Shown piece by piece: positions 33,346-46,547 of a DNA stretch of 64,000 nucleotides. Each line of letters opens with the position of its first letter. Positions within the stretch are counted from its first letter, which is position 1. Under the pieces are notes generated by a model, which was not told where the DNA came from, made no database searches, and worked only from the letters and a program-made list of their open reading frames with translations. The translations under genes and the position numbers were made by a program. Source of the DNA: the human T2T-CHM13v2.0 reference genome, Homo sapiens; assembly GCF_009914755.1 (NCBI RefSeq), contig NC_060947.1; one strand, given 5' to 3'.

Positions 33346-34563
33346 ATATATATATACACATCTGTATATATATACACATCTGTATATATATACACATCTG
33401 TATATATATACACATCTGTATATATATACACATCTGTATATATATACACATCTGTATATATATACACATCTGTATATATATACACATCTGTATATATATA
33501 CACATCTGTATATATATACACATCTGTATATATATACACATCTGTATATATATACACATCTGTATATATACACATCTGTATATATATACACATCTGTATA
33601 TATACACATCTGTATATATATACACATCTGTATATATACACATCTGTATATATATACACATCTGTATATATATATACATCTGTATATATATACATCTGTA
33701 TATATATACACATCTGTATATATATACAGATGTATATATACAGATGTGTGTATATATATACAGATGTATATATACAGATGTGTGTATATATATACAGATG
33801 TATATATACACAGATGTGTGTATATATATATACACACATCTGTGTATATATACACAGATGTATATACAGATGTGTATATATATACACAGATGTATATATA
33901 TACAGATGTATATATACACAGATGTATATATATACAGATGTATATATACACAGATGTATATATATACAGATGTATATATATACACAGATGTATATATATA
34001 CAGATGTATATATATACAGATGTATATATATACACAGATGTATATATATACAGATGTATATATATACACAGATGTATATATATACAGATGTATATATATA
34101 CACAGATGTGTATATATATACACAGATGTATATATATACACAGATGTGTATATATATACACAGATGTATATATATACACAGATGTGTATATATATACACA
34201 GATGTATATATATACACAGATGTGTATATATATACACAGATGTATATATATACACAGATGTGTATATATATACACAGATGTATATATACACAGATGTGTA
34301 TATATATACACAGATGTATATATATACACATCTGTATATATATATACAGATGTGTATATATATACACATCTGTATATATATATACAGATGTGTATATATA
34401 CACATCTGTATATATATACAGATGTGTATATATATATACACAGATGTATATATATATACAGATTATATATATATACACAGATGTATATATATATATACAG
34501 ATTATATATATATACACAGATGTATATATATATCGAGAGAGAGAGAGAACACATATATATATA
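33346..34563. repeat. Complex (TA)n-based minisatellite with orientation switch
   Basis: Left arm has 21 units of (TA)nCACATCTG (mostly 18 bp); right arm has ~39 CAGATG units of 12-22 bp plus 4 back-flipped CATCTG. Confidence 0.98.
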
Positions 34564-35694
34564 GCACAATAGAGAATTCTCTCCATTTTACAAATAAAGA
34601 CAAAAGGAGAGCTTCATGTCCCATGGCAATGAAATAATAATTTATTAAGTAGACAAATCTTAGCCTGTGATTGAGATTTAAAGGCCATTTAGGGGAAAAC
34701 ACCATCATTTTGTGAATTATTCAAAGCCTCTGTACATAGATATTTTGCTTATTTCGTGTAAGAAATGTATTGATTTTGAAAATGCTTTGGATTCAATATA
34801 TGCAAGTCTCTTTCTTTGACAAATTCCTCTTTGGCATTTAGCTGCAGAATCAGCCAGCAAATGTGAATATGCCAGAAACAGTCACTCCAGTGTTTCACTC
34901 ATCGATAATCCTGTGCAGATTATAATTTTTCTTTCCCACAAATGGGAGGCAAACATTTGAAGTGTTACAATCTTTAAGAAGTACAAGAATAATTAACTTC
35001 TTTTTTTCAAAAGTGAGTTGCCTCTATTAAATATGTCAGGGAGTAAAGGCAGAGTGGATACTTGGTATTTGCTTATTAGTAAATATACACTATAAGGAGA
35101 ACAAGTTTGCATCATATAACCCCAGCTGACTTCAATATGATTTTGATTGCCTATCAGGTACAGTTGATGTGCACACTCTGCTTCTGAAATTAGTTGTTAC
35201 TAAGTACTCGAATATAAAATTCTGTGTAAGATAAGATAGTTTTTGATACAGATGGACGATATAACTTCTTCACTCCTCAATAGTTAGTCAGTAACTTTGC
35301 CCTGCCTATTCAAAAGAAAAAACTCTGAATAGACAGGGCAGAGAGAACTTTTAGGGCAGCAAAACTGTTTTCTGTGTCCTATTACATAATAATCATTCAC
35401 TCATCCCTTCACTTTTTCATTCATCCATTCAGCAAAACCTAAATTATTCAATGCACTTTTCTATCTTTGATGAAAATTACAAAAATAAAGATGAAGTGCT
35501 GCTTGCCTTAAAAAATGCTTGTTTTGATATAAGATATATAATATTTAAATAAGTATTGTATAATACCATACCTGGCCAAAAGTAGGCCCTCAGTGGTTTT
35601 GTGATTCATATTATGAGTGAGTGCACACAGTGCTATAGTAGAGAAGTGTCTAGATATTGTATGCTTTCTTTTTGGCTACTAATTAGTTTATCTA

Positions 35695-35945
35695 CGCCAT
35701 GCATTCTCAACAGAAGGAATATTGCCTCTAAGGGGATGGAAATTGGCTTTTACAGTTTTTGTTGATTTTAACCAAATTCACACTTGTCATTTATAAAACA
35801 CAGATATACCATAAAATGCAGAGATATACAAAATGTCTGAGGTATTAAAATTTCATTGGAAATGGCAATTCAGAAAAATAATGCCTAAAATCCTCCTTAG
35901 GTGAATGATAATGAAAAAAAAAAGAAGGCCGAAAAATACCAAGTT
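35695..35945. mobile_element. Old hAT-Charlie-like DNA transposon remnant
   Basis: Begins 'gcattctcaacagaaggaatattgcctctaaggggatggaaattgg', similar to MER-Charlie termini; family uncertain. Confidence 0.4.
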
Positions 35946-36027
35946 AGGCACTCTCTACCTAGAATCTAAAGGTTCATTCAAAATGATATACATGAGCTAA
36001 TCAAGGGTAGCCACCATGATTGTTCTA

Positions 36028-36414
<387 letters not shown>

Positions 36415-37394
36415 CTAATGAGTTAATCCTGCCAAAAACTTAACTGCTTTGCCTGAAAGACATGACCAGTAAAAGGGAATGCACACACTGGACAACCATG
36501 GGCCAGAAAGATGGGAGAGGATTTATGATTTCATGGGGGTGATAGTTCCAAGACCCATTTCGTGATTATACTTATAGTTTTATTAAATTAGTTTAGTAGC
36601 TGGCATTAGTCCTGTTAATTGGAGGCACCAAAGTTTCAAGTCTTGCTGAGTACCACCTACTAAGGGAAAAATAGTTCTTATTTCAACGGTTAGCATATTT
36701 TATTTAAAGTTTGGCATACTTTAATGAAATACGTATTTACTTATGTGTTGTCTTTGATCTCTAAGAGCAAGGACTGTACTCAGCTACAAGTTCCAATTTT
36801 CTCATTTTCCTATTTTCCATGTTTCTTACATACAGTTCACTTAGTGAATTTTAGTTGAGCTGGCTATGCATAACCAATTAGCTACAGTTTAATCCAACCC
36901 TGTTATTAACTCCATGCTTGAAGTGAAATTATTTTCATGTAACTAATTCTGTCTTTAAGTCAAATCCATCTTGAGAGTGATATATAGTTTAAGGCCTTGA
37001 GGGAATATGGTGTCTTTAAAATTTGCCATCATTAAATTTGATTGAATTGACTGACCACACCTTCTAGAGGTGGGGTCGGCTTCCTCTGGCGACTGCTATG
37101 GAAGAGTGAGGCCTATAACCCTGAATTGCAGACAGCGTGTCACAAGGGTTCCTTTGAATTTCACCGAATTAGAGCTAATAACGAATAACTTACAGGAGAC
37201 TTCAGAAACCTAATCCATATTATTTTCAAAATTCTGTAGATCAGAGAGATTTTTCCATTTGCAAATACATTCATAATATCTTTGCAGGAAGCAAAGGGAT
37301 AATTTAATTTGACCTCTCATTTTATAATTGAGGAAACTGAGATCTAACAAGGTTTTAACAAATAATGTAGGAGATAATATTCAAAATGGAATAA

Positions 37395-37722
37395 CTTTGA
37401 ATAGGCAGGGTAGTGAGGACTTTTAGGGCAGGAAAACTATTCTGTTTGATATTTTAATGGTGGGAACATGTCATTATACATTTATCCAAACCCATAGAAT
37501 GTACAACACCAAAAGAGAATCTTAATATAGATACAGACATCATTAGGTGATGATGATGTGTCAATGTTGGTTCATTGATTGTAACAAATGGACCACTGTG
37601 ATGCAGGTTATTGACAGTGGGTGAGGTTGTGTGTAGAAGCAGGGGTATATGGCAACTCTCCATATTTTCTACTCAATTTTGCATTATTAGATAACCTAAT
37701 ACTGCTTTAAAAAATAGTGTAT
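37395..37722 (+). mobile_element. L1MC-type 3' end
   Basis: 'ttttagggcaggaaaactattctg..aaacccatagaatgtacaacacc..tgtaacaaatggaccactgtg..actgctttaaaaaatagt'. Confidence 0.85.
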
Positions 37723-38162
37723 GGAGCATCTCATAAATTTCAAGTATTTTATACTTGCAATTGTTAAGAGTTAAAAGGTAGTTGGATTTGTTGCAGACAA
37801 TGAGTTAAGGAATCCTTTCACCTTTTTCCCAACTTTAAAATTAAGGATTCTCAGGGCCCCGTGTAGAGCAGTGAAAATAAGACTTCGTGTGTGTGTGTGT
37901 GTGTGTGTGCCTGGAGGAGAACTGGTGTTCCACTTGGGTGAGAGGATTGGCTATGAGCTTCAGACCAGGAAATGTGTCATCTTGCCAAGCACCTGACTGA
38001 GTGTGCTGGAGTGAGGATCTTGAACAGAAACTTCCTTTTCTGTTATTATTAACTACAAAGCTAAAATGGCCAAATATACACTGTGAAAATTGGGTTCTTT
38101 TAACAAAAGATCAGATCCCTCCTTCAGCTGTACACATTTTTAAATAAAATCATATTGAACTA
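37723..38162 (+). pseudogene. 5'-truncated processed retrocopy of an mRNA 3' end (UTR only)
   Basis: Non-repeat-like insert; AATAAA at 38143-38148, ~14 nt before the A-run; TSD aaaaaatagt(g/c)tat at 37709-37722 and 38163-38176; TT/AAAA L1-EN site. Confidence 0.8.
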
Positions 38163-38269
38163 AAAAAATAGTCTATTTTCTAGAAAAGAAAATAATTCTT
38201 ATTATGATTCATAGTTATTTATCATCATTAGCTTCCATTAACATAAAATTAGCTGACTTACTCTCTTTG

Positions 38270-38460
38270 GGTTCTTCTGAATACCAGCTGTCAAAGTTGA
38301 TTGTTGTGTGATTGTAAGTTTCTTAATTTCTCTGAGCCTCTATTTTCTCATCTATACAATGGGAAACTGGCTTGCAGAGGTGTCACATGTGAATAGTAAA
38401 TAATAAACATCAAATAATTTTGAATACACATGGAAGGCACTTTTGCATAAATAGCAGTCA
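38270..38460 (+). mobile_element. MIR
   Basis: 'tgtgtgattgtaagtttcttaatttctctgagcctctattttctcatctatacaatggg'. Confidence 0.7.
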
Positions 38461-40339
38461 TTTTAATTGCTATGTTTTGGATTAAATATTTATGCTAAAA
38501 ATGCTAACTTTCATATCATTATTTATAATTCCTTTATAAAATATTTGATGTCTAAAATTTGATTCTAATGCATACTCATATTTTCTAATGTTATATTATT
38601 AAAAGTGTTTGATATTTAGTAGTCAGGCTGCAGTATATGCCCCATTATATTTTTAAATTTATAATAGCAATCTTATCACACAGTGCAGAACAAAAACTAT
38701 AACACTCAGTCTCACACCTTTGCCTTAAGGGTATGTATGTGTGTGGAGCGGGGGGTATCCAGTCATGAACTCTGTGTCTGGTTATTTTTTCTTTAATATT
38801 CATGATAAGAGCCTGTTGATGCATTAATAAGACCTTCCACATGATTCTGTGGGGACAGGATGAGGAAGATATGGCATAATAGCCTGCATATAAATAAACC
38901 AGAGTCCTTTGGTAATATTACTGCCATCTCTTTCCTCCCCTCTTCCCCAAGTTGGATTCGTAGGAACTCCTGAGAGCACGACCCCATCATTACAGAGTGT
39001 CACAGTTAAACAAATCCCAGATCTGCTGGGTCTCTGCTCTTTCTTTTTAACCAACTAGACCAGAACAAAGGAAGGGGAAGTAAGAAATCATCTGACGAAT
39101 GTTCAGAGGCTTTTTATTAAATACTGAAGTATGAACTACCAGTAAGGAATTATTTTGCACATTGTTCCTTCACCAAAATAGCATAAAGGAAGAAAAGACA
39201 AAAGGAAAAGGATGAAAACCAGGGAGTCAAACGCTGTGCTTCCTTTCCCTTCCTGTGAGAAGATAAAACAATGTAATGATTTCTGTTTTGGGGGTTTTGT
39301 TGTTGATGATGATGATACTTTGCCCAAAAAATGGAATCTTGAACTTTCTAGGACTGAATGAAAACCTGAGAATTAATGAATTTAAACATCTCTCCTTACA
39401 ATGCCTTGAACATACTAACGCTTTAACAATGTTAACTATATATTTGCAACAGTCTTACAATAATTATTCATTTTTACAGAATAAATATCTTTAAGTAATC
39501 AATTCCATTTACAAATACATAAACATCTTAAAAGACATTCATCAATTTTAAATATTCAGTATTTGTGTGAGTTACATCAATTGCCTATGCCAGAAAATAT
39601 AATACCCTAACAAGCAAAAAACCTTTCCCAAATTTTTGCATCACCTTTGAAAACTTATTTAGTTACACACAGGACAGTAGCAAATGTATCAGTCTAGCAA
39701 AATCTCATACTGTTGATCTATTTAATAAAATTCTATTACATATTTCAAAATATAGTTACATTTTAATTTGGAATCACAAGGCTAATTTCCCAGACTGTAA
39801 AGTCATCCTAGTCTCTTAAATATAACAAACAGTTGAAACACAAAATATACAGAGATTGTCTCATTAATAAACATTTTTATCCACAAAGCTGAAAGTGTTA
39901 GTGCTCTAACTTTGATGACTCTCACTCTCCTTGTGCTATCAAAATCCATTTCTGTTCACTTTCTGTTATTTCTGTTATTTCTTTCTTGCCATCTCACCCA
40001 TCCTTCTAAAATTCTGTCCCTGTTATGTTGTGTTGGACAGTACTTTTTGGGTATCCTTCCTGTGCTCTAGAAGAAGATCTAGATGCTGTCTTCTTCATAA
40101 TCCATTCCCTGCTGGAACATTACATGTTTCTCCACACTGTTTCAGTAGTTTCCTACCTGCTTCAGTAGCTTCAGTGACTCCCCATCCCCAATTTATGGAG
40201 TCCAAATTCTGTATTCTCTGATTGACGTCATTGGACTGTCTTCTCTGCTAAATCCTTCACGTATATTCTATGTTTCCTTCACACTGGACAAATGCATCGT
40301 GCCTGTATAGTCATACTCTTCCCCATCCATCCATCTTAT

Positions 40340-40700
40340 ATTTGTTTGAGTAATGTTAACTGTTGTGACAAAGAGATCCCAAAGTGTATAATGGCTCAAA
40401 CACAATAGCAGTTCACTTGTGGATCATATCATGGTGTTGACCAGATGAACAGACCAACACAGCAATTCTCATAGACCCTGGGTAGGTGCTTAAAGACCCT
40501 GGCTAGCAGAGAGGGTGCCGTCTTTGACATGTGGCTTCTAAGGTGGCCCTGGAAGTTGTCTCCAGCCAGCTACACAGAAAACAAAAAGAGCTTGGAGGAA
40601 TAGGCAATAGGGAATTTTATGAGCCATGCCTGGGAGTAGTTACTACTTCCACTCACATACTTGATTGTGAAGACATACCACCCTGCAAGAGGACTCGCTC
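40340..40700 (-). mobile_element. Old MLT1 (J/K/L-like) LTR
   Basis: 'gttaactgttgtgacaaagagatcccaaagtgtataatggctcaaacacaatagcagttcact'. Confidence 0.55.
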
Positions 40701-40866
40701 AGGGTATGAGTAACAGCTAGAGTTCTCTGCTATATCTTTCTGCATCTTTGAATGCTTTTCCTCTCCTTGGCTCTGCTGAACTCTGAATTGTTACCTATGG
40801 CTTGGATCCAGTGCTAGACTTTCTTTAATTCTTGCTTGCTAACACCAATTATAAATGAGCTTTTCA

Positions 40867-41006
40867 TAGATAGATAGATATAGATTCTCCGTGTATATAT
40901 ACATATTTAGATGTGTGTGTGTATATATACGTATGTATGTATGTATATGTGCATGTGTACATATATTTGAGTTTTATTTATTTGGCACTTAACTTCTCTT
41001 ACACAC

Positions 41007-41038
<32 letters not shown>
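40867..41038. repeat. Compound microsatellite (TAGA, TG/TA, CA)
   Basis: Directly visible. Confidence 0.9.
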
Positions 41039-41166
41039 CTGCAAAAACACTACGTCTCCTAAAGCTTGTAACTTATAAGGGTAGGGGATGGAAGTCATCC
41101 ATCTCTGTCATCCTCACATTGCATAATCTAGCAATGCATACTGTTAACTATTTTGTAAATAGTTGC

Positions 41167-41848
41167 TGCGATGGTTAATTCTATGTGTCAACTTGACTGG
41201 GCCACAGGGTGCCCTTTGCTTAAACATTATTCTGGTGACTGTGAGGGTGTTTCTAGATGAGAGTAACATTTGAATCTATAGACTGAGTAAAGAAGAGTGT
41301 CCTCCCCAATGTGGGTGGGCCTCATCCAACGCACAAAGAATAGAACAAAAAAGCATTTGAAGGCTTGAATACAAGAAAAGGTCAAGTAAGAGAGAATTTA
41401 GTCTGCCTGACTGGCTTTGAACTGGGGCATCAGTATTTTCCTGCCCTCAGACCCTAACTGAAATACAGGCTCTTCCTGGGTCTCAACTCTGCCTGCCTTT
41501 AGACTTGAACTATATTGTTGGCTCTCCTGGTCCTCAGGCCATTGAACTCAGACTACCAATGGCTCTCCTGGGTCTCTAGCTTGCCAACTATGGGTGTTGA
41601 GACTGGCAAATCCCAAGTTCCATAATCACATGACTCAATACCTTATTATATATATGTATATATAATGTATATAGGCATCTATCTATCAATATCCCAATAT
41701 CTATCTATCTAGATAGACTATGATAGAATATCTAGATAGATAGTAGATAGGTGATTGATTGATTGATTGATAGATAAATGGATGATAGATAGGTAAGTAG
41801 ATAGATATCCTATTCATTCTGTTTCTCTGGAGAACCCTTACTAATATA
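41167..41848 (+). mobile_element. MLT2 solo LTR with internal (TA)/(TAGA) expansion
   Basis: 'tgcgatggttaattctatgtgtcaacttgactgggcc' ... 'ctgtttctctggagaacccttactaatata'; 5-bp TSD gttgc/gttgt. Confidence 0.9.
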
Positions 41849-44800
41849 GTTGTTGAACAAATAATTAAGTAACTGAAGGCTGGCACAACTTTTTGTTCTT
41901 TTTTTAAAAAAAGTATTCAGACTTTTGTCTTCCTCATTTGATATTAGCAAATGCACTATAAAATGAAAGGCAAAGCTTTGTTCATGAGTGATTATTCCAG
42001 ACTAAAGACATCCCCTATCATCTTGGTTGCATAAATTGTAAAAGAAAGGGAAGGAACAAAACTAAGTGAGCTGTTGGGTTTCCAACAACCACCATCTTCT
42101 GAGTGAGTAATGAGAAGGTGGGCTTTGTCATCACTCATTAGAGATGGCCCTTCTTTTAATGAATCCTGCAAATATGGAGGACACCAGTGTATCAAATCTT
42201 CATATGGTGAGGTAAAGCCAGGGAATATTCAGAAAGCCTTATCTCTCTGCTCATTCCTTTGAAAGTATAGACTATGTCTGCTCCTTGGTGATGACAGACA
42301 AAGACATAACAAACAAGGTAATAGTCCCATCAGGTCCTTTCAGTCACTTTGATATATGATCACTTCCCCTGCCACCAGGAACTTAAATGATGACATGCAT
42401 CTTTGAAGTATTTCATTATAAAGAAGACTAGTCATTCTCATCCTGTCCTCCACAGACATGATCAGCCTTCTGGGAAACTCTATGACTCACCATTGCAGGT
42501 ATATGTGGACAGTAATCATCCCATAAATAGTTGAGAGAAAAAATAAGTGAGACTCAAAAATGATTATTATTCTTAAAGATATTGAAAATAAGTTTCTCAT
42601 CCCCCAAGACCTTAATGGGAATTCGAAAACAACTTTTCAAAGAGCAAGAGCCCACTTTTAAATTAGCTTTGTCAACATCATTACAGAACTCATTTTTACC
42701 CATTCACCTTTATGCTGTTGACAGAGCTATCTATAACTATACTATAAAAATGTCATCACGTTGGATTGTTCTTTGTTGCCTAAAACATCCCAAATGACAT
42801 TATGACTGGGAAGAAAAAGAAGGAAAGGAAAATGAGGCTAAGCTGATGGCTAGCAGAAATGCAGAATCTGACACAGGCATATTATGGGGTAAACCATGGT
42901 GCACATTTGCTACCTCGTCACCATACAAATGTCACAGGCATTCAAACAGTTCTTGATAATCTGGTCCCATCCTATTATGTCAACTCAGATCGGGGAAGAC
43001 CCTACATCAACATAAACTCAGTACCAAGACAGAAGACAGCGTGTCTTTACAACCACCTTTCCCCTTGCAGTCCTCTCTGACTTGCATTCTCTTTCCCAGA
43101 GCTGTAACTAGGAGTTTAGGGCAAGCACCAGGAAGCTTGTCTTCAAATAAAATTTGTTACCCATGAAGTGGCTACTCACCACTAACAAGGCACTAAACTT
43201 CAAAGTTCATTGAGCAGGGGATTAAGATGGCAGATAGGTGGCAGGACTAGCTTGCAGCTCCTGCTCCCACAGATAGCAGCATGTGGAGATTCATGTTGTG
43301 AACTTTTGCTGCAAGAACTACCGCAGGAATATAACAGGAATGCTAAGAGAATCCACAGACCCTCTGAAGGAACTGGATCACTACTGCAGGCTCCCTGAAA
43401 TCCTGAAAAACTGTGAGTCAGCTTGCTTTCTCAATGAGGAGGCTTGTGGTCTGGGCCAGCTTTCCCCCACTTCCCTGGTAATCTGTATTACTCAGCAGAG
43501 GCAACCATAATCCCCCTGGGAATATAACTCCATTGGACTGGGACCCACATCCCCATCCCCCACAGCAGCCACAGCAAGCCCCACCCAAGGAGAAGCTGAG
43601 CTCAGACATGCTTATCTTTGCCCCAACCTGGTGGTCTTTCTCTACCCACCCTGCTAGCAGAAGACAATGGTCATCATCTCTTGGGAGCTCTATGGCCCTG
43701 GCTACCACCTGAGAAACCTGAATACTTAACCAGGTGTCCCTAGGGCAGGTTTGAATCCTCCCTATAGGACTGCAGCTGATGCATTCTTGAAAGCACCATC
43801 TCCTGGCTGGAGGCCAACCAACACAAAACCAACACACTAAACAAAAACACAACCAAAAACCCTCACAGAATCCACCTCACTACCCTGTTAACTCCACTGG
43901 AGCAGGTACTGGTATTCATGGCTGCAAGATCTGTAAATGGATCACATCATGGGACTTTTTGCAGACACTCCCCAGTACCAGCCTGGAGCTTGGTAGTTCT
44001 GCTGGGTGGCGAGACCCAGAAGAGCAAAAACAGTCACTACAGTTTGGCTCTCAGGAAGCCCCATTCCTAGGGGAAGGGGAAGAACACCACTTCAAGGGAG
44101 CACCCCATGAAACGAAAGAATTTGAACAGCAGCCCTTGAATCCCAGATTTCTCCTCTGACATAGTCTACTCAAATGAGAAAGAACCAGAACAACAATTTT
44201 AGTAATATGACAAGATGAGATTCTTTAACACCCCCAAAAGATTATACCAGCTCACCAGCAATGGAACTGAACCAAGATGAAACCTCTGAGTTGCTAGAAA
44301 AAGAATTGAGAAGGTAGATTGTTAAGCTAATCAAGGAGGCATCAGAGAAAGGTGAAGTCCAATTTAAGGAAATCAAAAAAGTAATAATAATACAAGAAAT
44401 GAGAGGATAAATCTTCAGTGAAATGCATAGCATAAGTGAAAACAATCACAACTTCAGGAAATAAAAGACACACTTAGAAAATGCCAAGTGTTTTGGAAAG
44501 TCTCAGCAATAGAATTGAACAAGCAGAAGAAAGAACTTCAGAGCTCGAAAACAAGGTTTTCAAATTAACTCAATCCAAAAAAGAGTAAGAAATAAATGAA
44601 TAATCAAGGCCTCCAAGAATTTTGGGATTATGTTAAACAACCAAACCTAAGAATAATTGGCATTCCTGAGGAAGAAGAGAAATCTAAAAGGTTGGAAAAC
44701 ATATTTGGGGGAATAATCAAGGAACTCTTCCCTGGCCTTGCTAGAGGCCTGGATATCCAAATAAAAGAAGCTCAAAGCACACCTGGGAAATTCATTGCAA

Positions 44801-44998
44801 AAAGATCATCACCCAGGCACATTGTCATTATGTTATCTAAAGTCAAGGTGAAGGAAACAATCTTAAGAGCTGTGAGGCAAAAGCACCAGATAACCTGTAA
44901 AAGAAAACCTATCAGATTAACAGCAGATTTCTCAGCAGAAACCCTACAAGCAAGAAGGATCTGGGCCCCTATCTTCAGCCTGTTTAAACAAAACAATT

Positions 44999-45308
<310 letters not shown>

Positions 45309-46464
45309 TTATCAGCCAAGAATTTTGAATCCAGTGAATTTCCTTCATAAAGGAAAGATACAGTCTTTTTCAGACAAACAAATGCCGAGAGAATTTGCTA
45401 CTACCAAGCCATCACTATAAGAACTGCTAAAAAGAGCTCTAAATCTTGAAACAAATCCTGGAAATACATCAAAACAGAACCTCTTTAAAGCATAAATCTC
45501 ACAGGACCTATAAAACAAAAATACAATTTAAAAAGCCAAGGTATACAGGCAACAAATAGCATGATGAATGGAATAGTACCTCACATCTCAATACTAATGT
45601 TGAATGTAAATGGCCTAAATGCTCCACTTAAAAGATACAGAATTGCAGAATGGATAAGAATTCACCAACCAACTATCTGTTGCCTTCAGGAGACTCAACT
45701 AACACATAAGAACTCATATAAACTTAAGGTAAAAGGATGGAAAAAGATATTCTATGCAAATGGACACCAAAAGTGAGTGGGAGTAGCTATTCTTATATCA
45801 GACAAAACAAACTTTAAAGCAACAGCAGTTAAAAAAGACAAAGAGGGACATTATATAATGTTAAAACATCTAGTCCAACAGGAAAATATCACAATTCGAA
45901 ACATATATGCACCCAACACTGGACCTCCCAAATTTGTAAAATAATTACTACTAGACCTAAGAAATGAGATAGATGGCAACAAGATAGTCGTGGGGGATAT
46001 TAATACTCCAATGACAGCACTAGACAGGTCATCAAGACAGAAAGTCAACGAAGAAACAATGGACTTAAACTATACCCTACAACAAATGGACTTAACAGAT
46101 ATTTACAGAACATTCTAGCCAATAACTGCAGAATATACATTCTATTCATCAGGACATAGAAAATTCTCCAAGATAGACCATATGATGAGCCACAAAACAA
46201 GTCTCAGTAAATTTAAGAAAATTGAAATTATATCAAGTACTCTCTGAGGCCACAGTGGAATAAAATTGGAAATCAACTCCAAAAGGAACCCTCCAATCCA
46301 TGGAAATACATGGAAATTAAATAATCTACTCCTGAATGATCATTGAGTCAACACTGAAGTCAAGATGGAAATTAAGAAATTCTTTGAACTGAACAATAAT
46401 AGTGACACAACCTATCAAAACCTCTGGGATACAGCAAAGGCAGTGCTAAGAGGAAAGTTCATAG

Positions 46465-46547
46465 CATTTATGTATTAAAGGCAAGTTTATCGGAATCAGT
46501 AAAAGCAGATCATTTCTAATCAATAATTTTTCCTTTAGTGAGGAAAG
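46465..46547 (+). repeat. 83-bp copy of 51003-51085 inserted in L1 ORF2
   Basis: Ungapped, 79/83 identical by manual alignment. Confidence 0.95.

Noticed and set aside
33346-34535. CRISPR-like regular repeat array
   Set aside because: There are no unique spacers and no cas genes, and the context is primate; this is a tandem repeat.
33314-34637. Six long ORFs (272-417 aa) rich in Y/I/C/T
   Set aside because: They are translations of a stop-free minisatellite, open in all frames, with no sign of coding.
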